Part shown: one piece after another, positions 51,578 through 63,740 of the stretch | Layout: each line of letters begins with the position of its first letter | How positions within the stretch are numbered: the first letter of the stretch is position 1 | DNA from: Camelus ferus | Taxonomy: Eukaryota | Direction: 5' to 3' | NCBI RefSeq assembly: GCF_009834535.1 | Contig: NC_045707.1 | Span: forward strand, 58,282,001 to 58,346,000 | Length of the DNA stretch: 64,000 bases | The notes under the pieces: generated by a model | Databases searched by the model: none | What the model saw: only the letters and a program-made list of their open reading frames with translations | What the model was told of the DNA's origin: nothing | Translations under genes and position numbers: made by a program

Positions 51578-54500
51578 CACACCCCATTATCAACATTCCT
51601 CAACAGAGAGGCATATTTGTTACAGTTGATGAACTTAACACTGACGCATCATAACCACCTAACGTCCATAGTTTACGTTATGGTTCACTCTTGGTGTTGT
51701 ATATTCTGTGGATTTGGGCAAATGTATAATGACACATATCCATCATTATGGTATCATGCAGAGTGTTTTTACTGCCCTAAAAATCCTCTGTACTCTACCT
51801 GTTTATCCCTTTCCCTGTCACCTCTCCTCCCAGCCCCTGGCAATGACTGATCTTATTACTCTCTCCATAGTTTTGCCTTTTCCTCAGTGTCATATATGTG
51901 GAATCATACAGTATGGAGTCTTTTCAGATTGACTTCTTTCACTTAGTAATATGCATTTAAGATTCCTCCATGTTTTCCATGGCTTGATAGCTTATTTCTT
52001 TTTAGTGCTGAATAATATTCCAGTTTCTGGATGTCCATTCACCTGTAAAAGGACATCACAGTTGCTTCCAAATTTTGGCAGTTATGAATAAAGCTGCTGT
52101 GAACATCCATGTGCATATTTTTTGTAGACATGAATATGCACATGGAGTATGACTGATGGATTGTATGTTAAGAGTATGTTTAGTTTTATGAGAAACCACC
52201 AAACTGTCTTCAAAACAGTTGTACCATTTTACATTCCCACCAGTAATGAGTAAGAGTTCCTTTTGCTCCATCCTTGCCAGCATTGTTTCTGACTTTAGCC
52301 ACTTTAATATATGTGTAGTGGTATCTCATTTTAATTTGCATTTCCCTGATGACATATGATATGGAGCATCTTCTTATATGCTTATTTGCCATCTTATTTG
52401 CATTTTACATTTAGATTCACAATCCATTTTAAATTAACTTTTATGAAGTATATAAGGTCTTTGTTTTATTTTTCATTTTTTTGCCTGCAGATGTCTGGTT
52501 GCTCCAGCATCATTTGTTGAAAAGGCTATTTTGCTCTGTTGCATTGCCTTTGTGCCTTTGTCAAAGATCAGTTGTGTGTCATTTATGTGAGTTTAGTTCT
52601 ACTTCTGTTGCTGTTCCCTTGCTCTATTAGTCTTTCCTTTCACCAGTACCACTGTCTTGATTACTGTAGCTTTATAGTAAGTCTTGAAGTTGGGTAACGT
52701 TAGCCCTTCAGCTTTGTTCTTTAATACTGTGTTGGCTATTCTCGATCTTTTGCCTCTCCCTGTAAACTTTAGAATTAGTTTGTCAATAGCTGCAAAATAA
52801 CCTGCTGGGATTTTGATTGGGCTTGCATTGAGCCAATAGGTCAATGGGAAATCAAAGCTGGGAAGAAGTGACATCTTGCCAATATTGGCTCTTCTTGTTC
52901 ATTAACATAATTAACAGGGAATATCTCTCCATTTATTTAGTTCTTTGAAATCTTTCATCAGTTTTGTTGTTTTCCTCATATAAATGTTATACATATTTTG
53001 TTAGATTTATACTTAAATATTTCATTTTGAAGGGAGCTAATGTAAATGTATTGTGTTTTTAATTTCAAATTCCACTTGTTCATTGCACATGTGTAGGAAA
53101 GTGATTGACTTTTGTATATTAACCTTGAATCCTGCACCCTTGCTATAACTGCTTACTATTTTACAAATTCTTGTTGCTGTTGATCTTTAAAATTTTCGAT
53201 ACAGATGATCACATCAGTTGTGGACAAAAACAGTTTTATTTCTTCCTTCCCAATCTGTATACCTTTTATTTCCTTTTCTTGTCTTACTGCATTACCTAGG
53301 ACTTCCAATAAGATGTTGACTAAGAGTGGGGAGGAAGGGGCATCCTTGCCTTGTTCTTGATCATAGCAGGAAAGCTTTTGAGTGTCTCACCATTAAGTAT
53401 GATATAGGTTTTTGTAGATATTCTTTATCAAGTTGAGGAAGTTCCCTTCTGTGCTTAGTTTGTCCAGTTTTTATCATGTATAGGTGTCAGATTTCGTCAA
53501 ATAATTTTTCCATGTCTGTGCGTGATCATGTGATATTTCTCTTCTTTAGCCTGTTGATGTGATAGATTGCATTAATTGATTTTTTAATATTGAGCCAGCC
53601 TTGAATACTTGGAATAAGTCCCACTTGATTTTGACTTATAATTCTTCTTATACATTTTTGAATTTGATTTGCAAAAATTTTGTTGAGAATTTTTGTGTCA
53701 ACAAGAGATCTTAGTCTTTAGTTTTTTTTTTTTTTTTTTTCATGTGATGTCTTTGGTTTTGGTATTAGGGTAATTCATAGAATGAGTTAGGAAGTATTTC
53801 CTCTGCTTTTATCTTCTGGAAGAGATGTTAGAAAATCAGTATAATTTTCTTCCTTCAATGTTTGCTAGGATTCACTAGTGAACCCATCTGGACTGCTACT
53901 TCTGTTCTGCAAAGTTATTAATTATTGGTTCAATTTCTTTAACAAATACAGGACTATTCAGATTGTCTATTTCTTATGTGAGTTTTGGCAGATTGTATCT
54001 TTCAAGGAATTGATCCATTTTATCTGGGTTATCAAATTTGGGGCAGTGTTGTTCACAATATTCCTTTATTGTTCTTTCAATGTCCATGGAATCATTAATG
54101 ATGTTCCCCCTTTCATTTCTGATACTAGTAATCTGTGTCCTCTCTTCTTAGGTAGCTTGACTGGAGGCCTATTGATTTTATTGATATTTTCAAAGAAATA
54201 GTTTCTGGTTTCATTAATTTTTTCTGTGTTGGTTTCCTGTTTTCAATTTCATTGATTCCTGCTCTAATTCTTGTTGTTTCATTTATTCTGCTTACTTTGG
54301 ATTTAATTTACTCTCTTCTAGTTTTCTAAGATAGAAACTTAAGAGTATTGATTTTAGACCTTTCTGCTTTTTTAGTATATGCATTTAGTGCTAAAATTTT
54401 CCTCTAAGCACTTCTACTGCATTCCACAAATTTTAAATGGTGGGTTCATTTTCCTTTTGTTCAAAATGTTTTAAAATTTCTCTTGAGATTTCTTCTTTGA

Positions 54501-54715
54501 CCTTTATGTTATTTAGAAGTATGTTGCTTAATCTCCATGTAATTTTAGGATTTTCCAGTTATCTTTCTGCTGCTGCTAGTCTAATTCTATTGTGGTCTAA
54601 GAGCAGACATTATATGATTTCTAGTCTCCTAAATTTGTGAAGATGTGTTTTATGGCCCAGAATATGGTTTATCTTGGTCAGTGTACCATGCAAGATAGAG
54701 AAGACTGTATTGTGC
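51578..54715 (-). mobile_element. L1MC-type LINE-1, about 3.1 kb (3' UTR plus decayed ORF2)
   Basis: 3' end 'gttacagttgatgaac…catagtttacgttatggttcactcttggtgttgta…actgccctaaaaatcctctg'. ORF2 peptides NASPIKIPAGYF…LTLPNFKTYYKATVIKTV and IREMQIKMRYHYT. Confidence 0.88.
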
Positions 54716-54812
54716 TGTAGCAGTGTTACTTTCATGTTAGTCATTTGTACCCCAAAATGTTTAAGAATTGAAGAAAATGTAAGGATTTACTTACATTAAA
54801 AATCTTGTGTTA

Positions 54813-56121
54813 CTCCCTTACACCATACACAAAAATAAACTCAAAATGGATCAAAGACTTAAACATAAGACAAGATACAATAAACCTCCTACAAGAAAAC
54901 ATAGGCAAAACATTATCTCACATACATCTCAAAAATGTTCTCCTAGAACAGTCTACCCAAGTAATAGAAATAAAAACAAGAATAAACAAATGGGACCTAA
55001 TTAAACTTACAAGCTTTTGCACAGCAAAGGAAACCATGTACAAAACAAAACAACAACCTACAGAATGGGAGAAAATTTTTGCAAAAGATGAAACTGACAA
55101 AGGCTTGATCTCCAGAATGTATAAGCAGCTCACATGACTTAATAAGAAAAAAACAAACATCCCAATCCAAAAATGGGCAGAAGACCTAAACAAGCAATTC
55201 TCCAGTGAAGACATACAAATGGCCAATAGGCACATGAAAAAATACTAAATATCACTAATTATCAGAGAAATTCAGATCAAAACTACAATGAGGTATCACC
55301 TCACACCAGTCAGAATGGCCATCATTCAGAAGTCCACAAATGACAAATGCTGGAGAGGCTGTGGAGAAAAGGGAACCCTCCTACACTGCTGGTGGGAATG
55401 CAGTCTGGTGCAGCCACTGTGGAAAACAGTACGGAGATTCCTCAAAAGACTAGGAATAGATTTACCATATGACCCAGTAATCCCACTTCTGGGCATATAT
55501 CCAGAAGGAACCCTACTTCAGAAAGACACCTGCACCCCACTGTTCATATCAGCACTATTTACAATAGCTAAGACATGGAAACAGCCTAAATGTCCATCAA
55601 CAGATGCCTGGATAAAGAAGATGTGGTATATTTATACAATGGAATACTATTCAGCCATTAAAATGACAACATAATGCCATTTGCAGCAACATTGGATGTC
55701 CCTGGAGAATGTCATTCTAAGTGAAGTAAGCCAGAAAGAGAAAGAAAAATACCATATGAGATCACTCATATGTGGAATCTAAAAAAGAAAAAGAAAAAAG
55801 AAAAAAAGACAGATGAACATAAATACAAAACAGAAAGACTCATAGACATAGAATACAAACTTGTGGTTGCCGGGGGGAGGGGAGTGGGAAGGGACGGAGT
55901 GGGAGTTCGAAATTTGTAGATACTGACAAGTATATATAGAATAGATAAACAAGTTTATACTGTATAGCACAGGGAAGTATATACAAGATCTTGTGGTAGC
56001 TCACGGTGGAAAAAGTATGCAACAATGAATATATGTATGTTCGTGTATGACTGAAAAATTGTGTCCTACACTGGAAATTGACATTATAAATTGACTATGA
56101 CTCAATAAAATAAAATTTTTT
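54813..56121 (+). mobile_element. Young 5'-truncated LINE-1 (ORF2 C-terminus, 3' UTR, tail) with a perfect TSD
   Basis: Translates LTPYTKINSKWIKDLN…WDLIKL…[11 protein letters not shown]…[18 protein letters not shown]…WKQPKCPS with a few stops. TSD AAAAATCTTGTGTTA at 54798-54812 and 56122-56136 in a TT|AAAA context. AATAAA at 56104-56109. Confidence 0.95.
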
Positions 56122-56479
56122 AAAAATCTTGTGTTAAATTTAATCAGACTTATTCTTGTTCCATAAACAAAATAATTCAAATGTAAACATGTAATAATTA
56201 AGTCAAAATAAAATAAGCAAATAAATAGAAAGTAAAAAAATTTTTTTAAATCTTTTCAGTTTCTGCTTTTGTTAGTATTATCTAAATCTAGGAAGTAAAA
56301 TTTATGTTCTTTATTTTTAATCCTAATTTACCAATGGTAAAGCAAGCATTACTATACTTGTTTTTTTTTAAACAAGAAAAGATAACATCTTTTCTGAGTG
56401 TGACAGTAGTAGTAAACCAAATGATGATGATTAAAGTAATTTCAAAGAGATAAAGACCAAAAGAGTTTGTGCTGGTTTT

Positions 56480-57002
56480 GTTGGGAAATACTAATCCCTC
56501 CTATATTGAGTTCAGTTTTTAACCATTATTAATTGGGAAGTGCTAAAACCACAGTGGGTTATTTGCAGTGATATACTGGCTGCTAAAACAATAAAACCAA
56601 TAAAATTTAAGTGACATTTATATGCATGACATAATTATACTCACAGCCACAAATGCATTATTTGAAAGAAAGAATATTATAGTTAAGAAGCTGGCAGAAG
56701 CAGATCGTCAGTATTCCATATGTGATCATTAGTGTTTTGTGAGTTTCTTCTATAGTCTGACTTCTGGTTGCTAACATTAAAAAAACTATACATAAATGAC
56801 AAGACAAAGATGTTTGCTTGGAGATGTTGGATAAGTCTGTAGCAATGAAGGTAGTTCATATAATACTTGCCAGCAACACCCATAGCTTGATACATTTGGG
56901 AACAGTTTAGTGATATAGAAGACCAACTCAGACAAATCAGGATAGCAAAGGAATTTTTGTTGTAATTTGATGAGCATATTGATTGTGCTAACATGACAGT
57001 AA
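56480..57002 (+). mobile_element. hAT-Charlie (Buster-type) transposase relic: BED-finger region and start of the catalytic domain
   Basis: Manual translation across frameshifts and stops gives SYIEFSF..IINGEVLKPQWVICSDILA.K.IKP.KFK*HLY and, from 56806, KDVCLEMLDKSVAMKVVHIILASNT/IA*YIWEQFSDIEDQLRQIRIAKEFLL*FDEHIDCANM. This resembles SCAND3/ZBED5-type transposase sequence as recalled. Confidence 0.8.
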
Positions 57003-57900
57003 TGTGAAGGAAACATTTATTTTTCAATTTCCTTGCTGACAAGCTTGCTTGCTCTGAAGTATATAAAACTTTAAAGGGTTAGCAAATCAACATATGTGGT
57101 TCAGAGTTTTCCTTTGCTTTTGCAGGAGAATGTTCTGACTATATAGAGATAGTGACAGGGAAAAAATACTAGAACTTGTGCCAGAATATAAATCTTTGTC
57201 CTGCTTCTTTCATTGAGAAAGTCTTTGTTACGTCAGCTGAACTAAACAGTGTGCTTGTTAATCAGCTAAATTTAACCATTCACTTAAAGTGTAAATTACT
57301 TTACATAGCATAATACATTAAACCTCAGGTTTAAGAAAAAGTAAATGATAGTTTGGAAGCTGAGCCAATCAGCTGTTACCATATGCTGCATTATACAATC
57401 ATTTTCAAAGGGAAATTTTCAGATAAAAGTATTTGATCTTTAGGATGAATACTTCATGTTTTTGCAAGATAAGAAACCAGGGTTTGTAAATCAACTATGC
57501 TTCAATTTAAAAAAAGAAAAGAAAGAAACTAGTTTGGTCCCCAGCTTTAAAATATGAGTTAGACTTATTTGTCTGACAGCTTTATTCTTTTTTTTTTTTT
57601 AATGATCTTAGCCTTCCATGCAAGAAAGGAATGTCAAATGTTTTCAATGTTACATATGGTCAAAGGGCAAAAATGAAAGTTAGAAATTTGGGGGGAAAAT
57701 TTTTCCAAATTGTTATGAAGAGTTCCACAATATATTAGTAAATAGGTGATGATTTTAGTATTGCATATTTGCAGAATGTTATAATCAAATAAATACCTTA
57801 TGGATTTGTTAAGACACACTTTGAATTTTATATTCTATCAAAAGAAAACCCACTGATAGGAATGAGTAGATCAAGAATCCATTATTTTTTATCAAAAGTA

Positions 57901-58047
57901 TTTTTTAATTCTTTTTTTGAAGGGAGGAGGTAATTGGTTTGATTGTTTTTTTTTTTAATCTATTTACTTATTTAATGAAGGTACTGAGGGTTGAACCTAG
58001 GACCTCGTGCATTCTAAATGTGCTCACCCACTGAGGTATACCCTCCC
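57901..58047 (-). mobile_element. Camelid vic-1-type SINE (more diverged copy)
   Basis: 'ggaggtaattggttt…tttaatgaaggtactgagggttgaacctaggacctcgtgcattctaa…actgaggtataccctccc'. Confidence 0.85.
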
Positions 58048-58350
58048 ACCTCTGTCAGAATTATTTTAGATTTAACTATAATTTTGCTGGATAAATGATT
58101 GGAACTGGCTACCAATAAAAATTGAGGACAAATTTTGAAAGGCATCGTTTTATGAGTTTGGGGTAAGAGTTAAAAATGAAAATCCTGAGCTTGCTGAAAT
58201 TGCTTTCAAGCCTCTTCTCCTACTCTTGTGAAACTAATTTCTCTGTTGTAAGTGCTGTTAAAAGAAATCGTCGAGGTAGTTTAGATATACCATATCCCTT
58301 GTGATCAATGTTGTCATCAGTCCAACCTAGATTAGGTAAATTAACAAGAA

Positions 58351-58833
58351 TGGTGCCAGCCTCCAGGAGAACCACTGGAAAGCTCTACCTCCTGGTATTG
58401 ACACCTGTGTAATCCCCTTCCACGTTCAGCATGGGGTTGATGTGAAAGCCTGTCACTTCTGAGACTAGGTCATGACAGAGACTGCAGTGTCTATCTTGGT
58501 TGTTGTGTCGCTTTCTCTATGGAAGCCAGCGGTCTTGTGGTGAACAGCCCAGTAGAGAGACTGAGGGACTGAGTCTTTTGGCCAAGAGCCAGTGAGAAAC
58601 TGAGGCCTTTTGCCATCAGCCATGTGAGCGAGCTTACAGGCAAATCCTTCAGATGACTGTAGCCATGACCAGCATCTTGACTAAAACCTCATAAGAGACC
58701 CTGAATCATAACCACACAGCTAACATGCTTCCAGATTCCTGACCAGCAGAAATTGTCAGATAATAGTTGTATGCTGTTTTAAGCCACTAAGTTTTGGCAT
58801 AATTTTTTATGCAGATAGTAGATAACTAATACA
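58351..58833 (+). mobile_element. MaLR solo LTR (MLT1E/F-like)
   Basis: 'tgtcacttctgagactaggtcat…agccatgtgagcgagctt…ccttcagatgactgtagcc…gttttaagccactaagttttgg…gataactaataca'. Confidence 0.8.
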
Positions 58834-59677
58834 AAAAACAAGAAGCAAGCATATTTATTACATTAAAGACTATAAATATTGACATATATGCTGTTAGTTC
58901 AAAGTGTGTGAATTGGTATTTAATGTGAGGAATTGCTGTTTCACTCATAATTTTTGGTTAATAAGAATTATGAAATGACAAAAGTTGCTCGTATGATGAC
59001 TATTTTCTATAATTATATGCATACTTCCAGTGAAAATTATGCAGTTTTCTGTAATTCTTTTCTTTTTTCTATTTATTCTATTATCAAAATATAATTTTGT
59101 GGGTCTGAATCTAGTAAAACATTTGGACTTGTATCTTGTATTGTCCTTTTTACTTTAATTTTTTCAGTAGTTCATTTTTCATTTTCAGTGTTTTCCAGTA
59201 GTTCAACACCAAAGTGTTGGCCCATGATGAAATGAAATTTATAAGTAAAAGGAAAAAGAAAGTGGTTCTTCACCACATATAGTCCACATTAGGTCCCCTG
59301 TAATAGTTTTCATAATACCTTATTGTGAGGGTTGTCTTGCTTTATTATAATTGGTTATATTCCATGTTAAACTGAAAACTTTATGAACGTCATAGTCCAT
59401 GTCTCCATGTGTGAGTTTCCTGTTACATCTTCAGTGTTCAGAACAGTGAATGGTACTTAGCAGCTACTCAGTAGATACTGGTCGAAAGAATTACTGTTTT
59501 TTTTTTTTTAATTGTTAGAATAATGATTAACTTCCATAGTTATAAATAAGTTGACTTGTTTATAGCCATATGTCCTCAGGGGAATGGTAATTGTTTATGG
59601 TGAATAGAAAATACTCTTGGCACTCTTCTTACTGAATATTAGGTATTTTTAAAAAAATTGTATCTTTATTTCCATAG

Positions 59678-59825
59678 CACAACCACTGCCTCTGAAGAAG
59701 ATGTCTCAAGTAGATATCCCCGAACAGATAGAAGTGGGTTCAGCAGATATAACAGGGATGTAAGTGCTTCAGGTAATTTGGTCTCAAGTAGCACATTGGA
59801 AAAGAAAATTGAAGATCTTGAAAAG
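59678..59825 (+). CDS. PAWR: PAWR coding exon 5, 148 nt, phase 2/0
   Basis: Acceptor tctttatttccatag| and donor AAG|gtatga. The first C completes AGC (Ser), then TTTASEEDVSSRYPRTDRSGFSRYNRDVSASGNLVSSSTLEKKIEDLEK. Confidence 0.97.
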
Positions 59826-61443
59826 GTATGAAATGCAAATTATTTAAGATTTATAAAATTAATATTCTATTAGGATTCCTTTTTTTACTTTCATAGCAGC
59901 TGAGAGAAAGTAAACTGAAATTTGTGAGGAAGAGCCAATGCCGACAAAGGGAAGGAATGAGGGGCACTAATGAAAGATGCCAATAGTGTTAATTGGTATT
60001 TCTATGTGTAGTCAAGCAGCAGCTTTGAATCACTGTCTTAAATATGTATTTTCTAGATGCATAGTGGCTAAGCATTTTCTGATTTTCTTAAAACTTTAAT
60101 ATCCAGTTCTGTTGATGTTCAAACTTCTAGAAATGGAGCCACTTCTTGTATTCTTTAATATTTAATGGATACTCTCATTCTGCCAAGTGTTATCTTTAAT
60201 ACATTGAAAAGAATCTTTGCCTTCGAAATGGTTAGAAGTCTGTGCTGGCGATATGTACTACTGAGTGTTTATTTTATTATCTGCAGATTGTCATTTATAG
60301 ACTTTCTTCTGAGTTATGAGTTAGAGCCTAGAGCCATTGTGGAGTTTGAAACAATTTCAAGAATAAATCTGTTAAGGAATATCTTTGAGAACATCTCAAG
60401 TGAATATTGGCATTAATTTATCAACTATGGGGTCTCAAGTTTATTCTATAGACATTCATCCGCTAAGGTTGATATTGGTGCTTAATTACTTTCTGATTGT
60501 TGGAAATACGTTTTGTTTTGCTGAATTGAAACTGTTCCCTGTAATATAAAGGTTGTTTTAAGTAGAGATTAAATTACAAAAAGAATTTTTATAACATTAT
60601 GATTATTTTTAGTTCACATTTGAGCTTTAACACTAGTTTCTATAGGTTTAAGTTAAAAACTTTAAGGAATACATAGTCTAATCATTTTTGAGGGGGCTTT
60701 TCAGAGGGGCTTTGGAAGTTCCACATGAGTTTGGATTGTGTTCTAGTAGTTGGCAGCAGCTGATTAATGAGGCTGGAGGCTGGCTGGCTGGCTGTTTTCT
60801 CTGAGGGTTAGTAATGAAGAAGCCAAGTTCTGGGCAAGACCTTTTCAGTTCTGCTTCTTTTTTTGCCCCCAAGGTGGCTGACCTAGCTCAAGATTCTGGA
60901 TTCTACATAAGATTTCTTTGAAAAAGGTGTTGCATTATTTGAAGACAAAAAATTTTAAAAACCAGTAATCATTTTTAGTTTCTTCATTTTCATCCATTGT
61001 CAGTTAACTGGCAGAGCCAGACGTAAAATTGAGGACCATTATTTGTCTGTTTAGAATTTTCCATAGAGCCATGTCTTTTTCTTAAATTTTGTGTTTTTAA
61101 TAAAAATTTTGAATGTCCCCAAACAGAATATTATTCATGAAAATATAAGATATTTTATTACTAACGATTGTGATAAGCTAAAGAGCTAAAGTCACACTAT
61201 TAGTATTTGTTAAAAACTTGGGTAAACAGACTTAATCAGAAGCATATTTTACAACCCCTGTATTCCTCTCATTCTCCGGTTCTTTTCTGGGATGGGTTCC
61301 TCCTTTCCTCACCAAGTGACTTAAGAAATTAATTGGAGATCTTCATATATCTAAGGTACTTTATCAAACTTGGCAGATGTGCTATTTAAGATTATAAATA
61401 ACCCATTACTTACCAATTAATGCTTTGTAATTGTATCAACTAG

Positions 61444-61548
61444 GAAGTGGTAAGAGAAAGGCAAGAAAACTTAAGACTTGTGAGACTAATGCAAGATAAA
61501 GAGGAAATGATCGGAAAACTCAAAGAAGAAATTGATTTGTTAAATAGA
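61444..61548 (+). CDS. PAWR: PAWR coding exon 6, 105 nt, coiled coil / leucine zipper
   Basis: Acceptor tcaactag| and donor |gtgagt. Translates EVVRERQENLRLVRLMQDKEEMIGKLKEEIDLLNR. Confidence 0.97.
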
Positions 61549-63344
61549 GTGAGTATTCATATATATTTCTGTTTACGGTTTCCATTTTTTATGGCAATTG
61601 GATAAAAAGTACATAAATATGAAAACATTATTTAATTTTATATTTTAGTTCATTCTTTTGTTAATGAGATAGTAATTTGTGGTGGTCAGAACCATCATTT
61701 CATCCCATAAACTGATTCCTCTGGCCAATTATCAGTTGTATTTACTTAATATTATTCTTTTGGGGATGGACCAGGTGAATGGATTTAGTCTGTGTTTTGT
61801 TGGAGTCTGGAGGTGAGAAGCAGCTTGGTCAGCGCCACATAAAAGGGTTCTGGCATAGAGTTGCCTTAATGAGGAACTAAAATTGCTGCTTTCTTGCCAT
61901 AAGAAACTATGTCATTGTGTGTATTTTCACTTTTCTTTTTCTCCAATTATATGTATGCGTCCTGGCTTTAGGTTCAGCCTTACCCTAGGGTCTCTATTAC
62001 TACTGTTCATAACTCTTTTTTTTTTTTTAATCAGTTTCAGCTCTAGAATTTACTTCCTGCTTAAGAAGCAGGTATTAATGCTAGGCCATACTTAGGTAAT
62101 GATAATGAGAACAGATTTCATAGTTTTGCCTTTTAGAAGGCTTTACATAAGATAGAGGAAAGGAACAAGTTTGGTTCAGGGAGAAAAGGAATGAACAAAT
62201 TCCTAATCCAGTCTTAACTCTAATTCTAGAAGAAGAGAAAATAGAAAGCTTCATTATGTGCAGACTTGGTCTAATGAAGCTGTAAGGCATTAACTGCAGG
62301 GTGTAGATGAGGACACTGAAACTCAGAGTTTAACTTGCTCAAGGTCATATATAGTAATCACCTAGAAATCTGCTGAGCCAGTATTTGACCTCAGGTCTTT
62401 GACAGTCTTAATACTAAGGAAGCTCTTCCATTCTTATAGACTGCCTTTCATCTTGGTTCAGAACACAAGCATTCCTCTATTATTTCTGTAATATGATATA
62501 AAATCTGCAAATATTTTTGATGTCTGTGATCTGTTGGCACTGTCTTAGACACTGTGTGCATTAAAAAGAAAAATGAACCACCTGCCCTTACAGGTTTATA
62601 ATCTAGTAATGATACATGAGTATATTTTTTCATTTAATTCTGTAAGTCTTAGGTGGGTCTCAATTGTAGTAATTTTAGCAATCTCATATCTTCATTATTG
62701 TTATTTTCAACAAATTAATTTCCTATTATCATTCAGTTTGTGAGTAAATACAAATTCTGTGTCTGTACATTTTTAAATCATTTACCTAATTGTCCAAAGA
62801 CAGTATACTAAATGTATCAGAATGCAGCTATTCAGTAGCATACTTAGAATTCACATTGATTTCTCCAAGTTTAGTATTTTGAATTTCAAGGATAAAGCTA
62901 TAAATATAAATGTCTGCTTTTCCAACCATCAATAAATAATCTGCCTTAAAATAGTGTTTCTTCTAACTAAAACTTATAGTGGATTGTTTTCATGTTTACC
63001 AAATGGTTGTATATGTGGCACTGGGATTAATTTATGGAATGTGGAGCTGGAATTGGATAACTTTAAAGCTAGGAGGTGATTACCTAGTTTAGTGGCTTCC
63101 ACATTTTTTTTTTAAGCTTAAAAACCTTTCTCCAAACAAAACGTCATAGAGAAGCCTAACATAAACTGAACCAGATGAACTCTATAAGCCCTAGATCTCC
63201 TTTTCTGTGGGCCTCAGTTCTCTCCCCTCCCGGGTTCTTATCCCCCAACACGTACACAGATCACACCAGGTAGTAGGAGTACATCCAGAACTTGCACCTG
63301 GATCTTTCTGATGCCTAATTTGACACAAAGTTGAGATCTAAGGC

Positions 63345-63560
63345 CCTAGACCTCATACTGGCTACTTATGTATTTTGTTTAGCCCTCAATATGAGGAAGG
63401 AGGGATTTGTTTTTAACTAAAAATTTAAGTTATTTATAATGATTAAAAATTGGAAGATTCACAATTAATTCTGATTTCTGGCTTCTCTTTAAAAACTGAG
63501 AGATCTGGCGAGAGCTGGCCTGTAATACCGTGATACCAATGAGGAGTCGAGTAGTGGATG
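63345..63560. mobile_element. MER45-like hAT fragment
   Basis: 'tattttgtttagccc…aaaaattggaagattcac…tctgatttctggcttctctttaaaaactgagagatctggc'. Confidence 0.45.
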
Positions 63561-63740
63561 CTGCCTTTGGGTGGGGCATATTCTATCCAGAGCTTTTTTC
63601 AGAGGTAGCCCTTGTTTCCAAATGAATTACTTATAAGAATTATCTTTAAATGTGTATTTTGAAGTTTTTTTTTATCACTTTCAGAATATTTTTAAGTATT
63701 TTAAAAACTCACGTATTGTTTTCCTTTTTGTTTCCTTAAG

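Noticed and set aside
54805..55674. Functional reverse transcriptase/ORF2 gene or domesticated L1 protein
   Set aside because: The element is 5'-truncated with no EN or RT domain, and it has in-frame stops (e.g. TGA at 55135-55137).
56480..57002. Domesticated transposase gene or SCAND3-like processed pseudogene
   Set aside because: There are multiple stops and frameshifts, and I see no SCAN domain, poly(A) tail or retrocopy TSD. A decayed DNA transposon is the simpler explanation.
61447..61455. GTG|GTAAGA donor-like site inside exon 6
   Set aside because: It lies only 6 nt from the acceptor, too close to define a plausible exon, and the Val-Val-Arg codons explain it.
2497..62633. The many 60-137 aa ORFs in the supplied track as protein-coding genes
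   Set aside because: They are short, low-complexity F/L/I/S-rich frames typical of AT-rich introns, and many start at non-ATG codons. The only recognisable ones are broken L1 ORF2 pieces.
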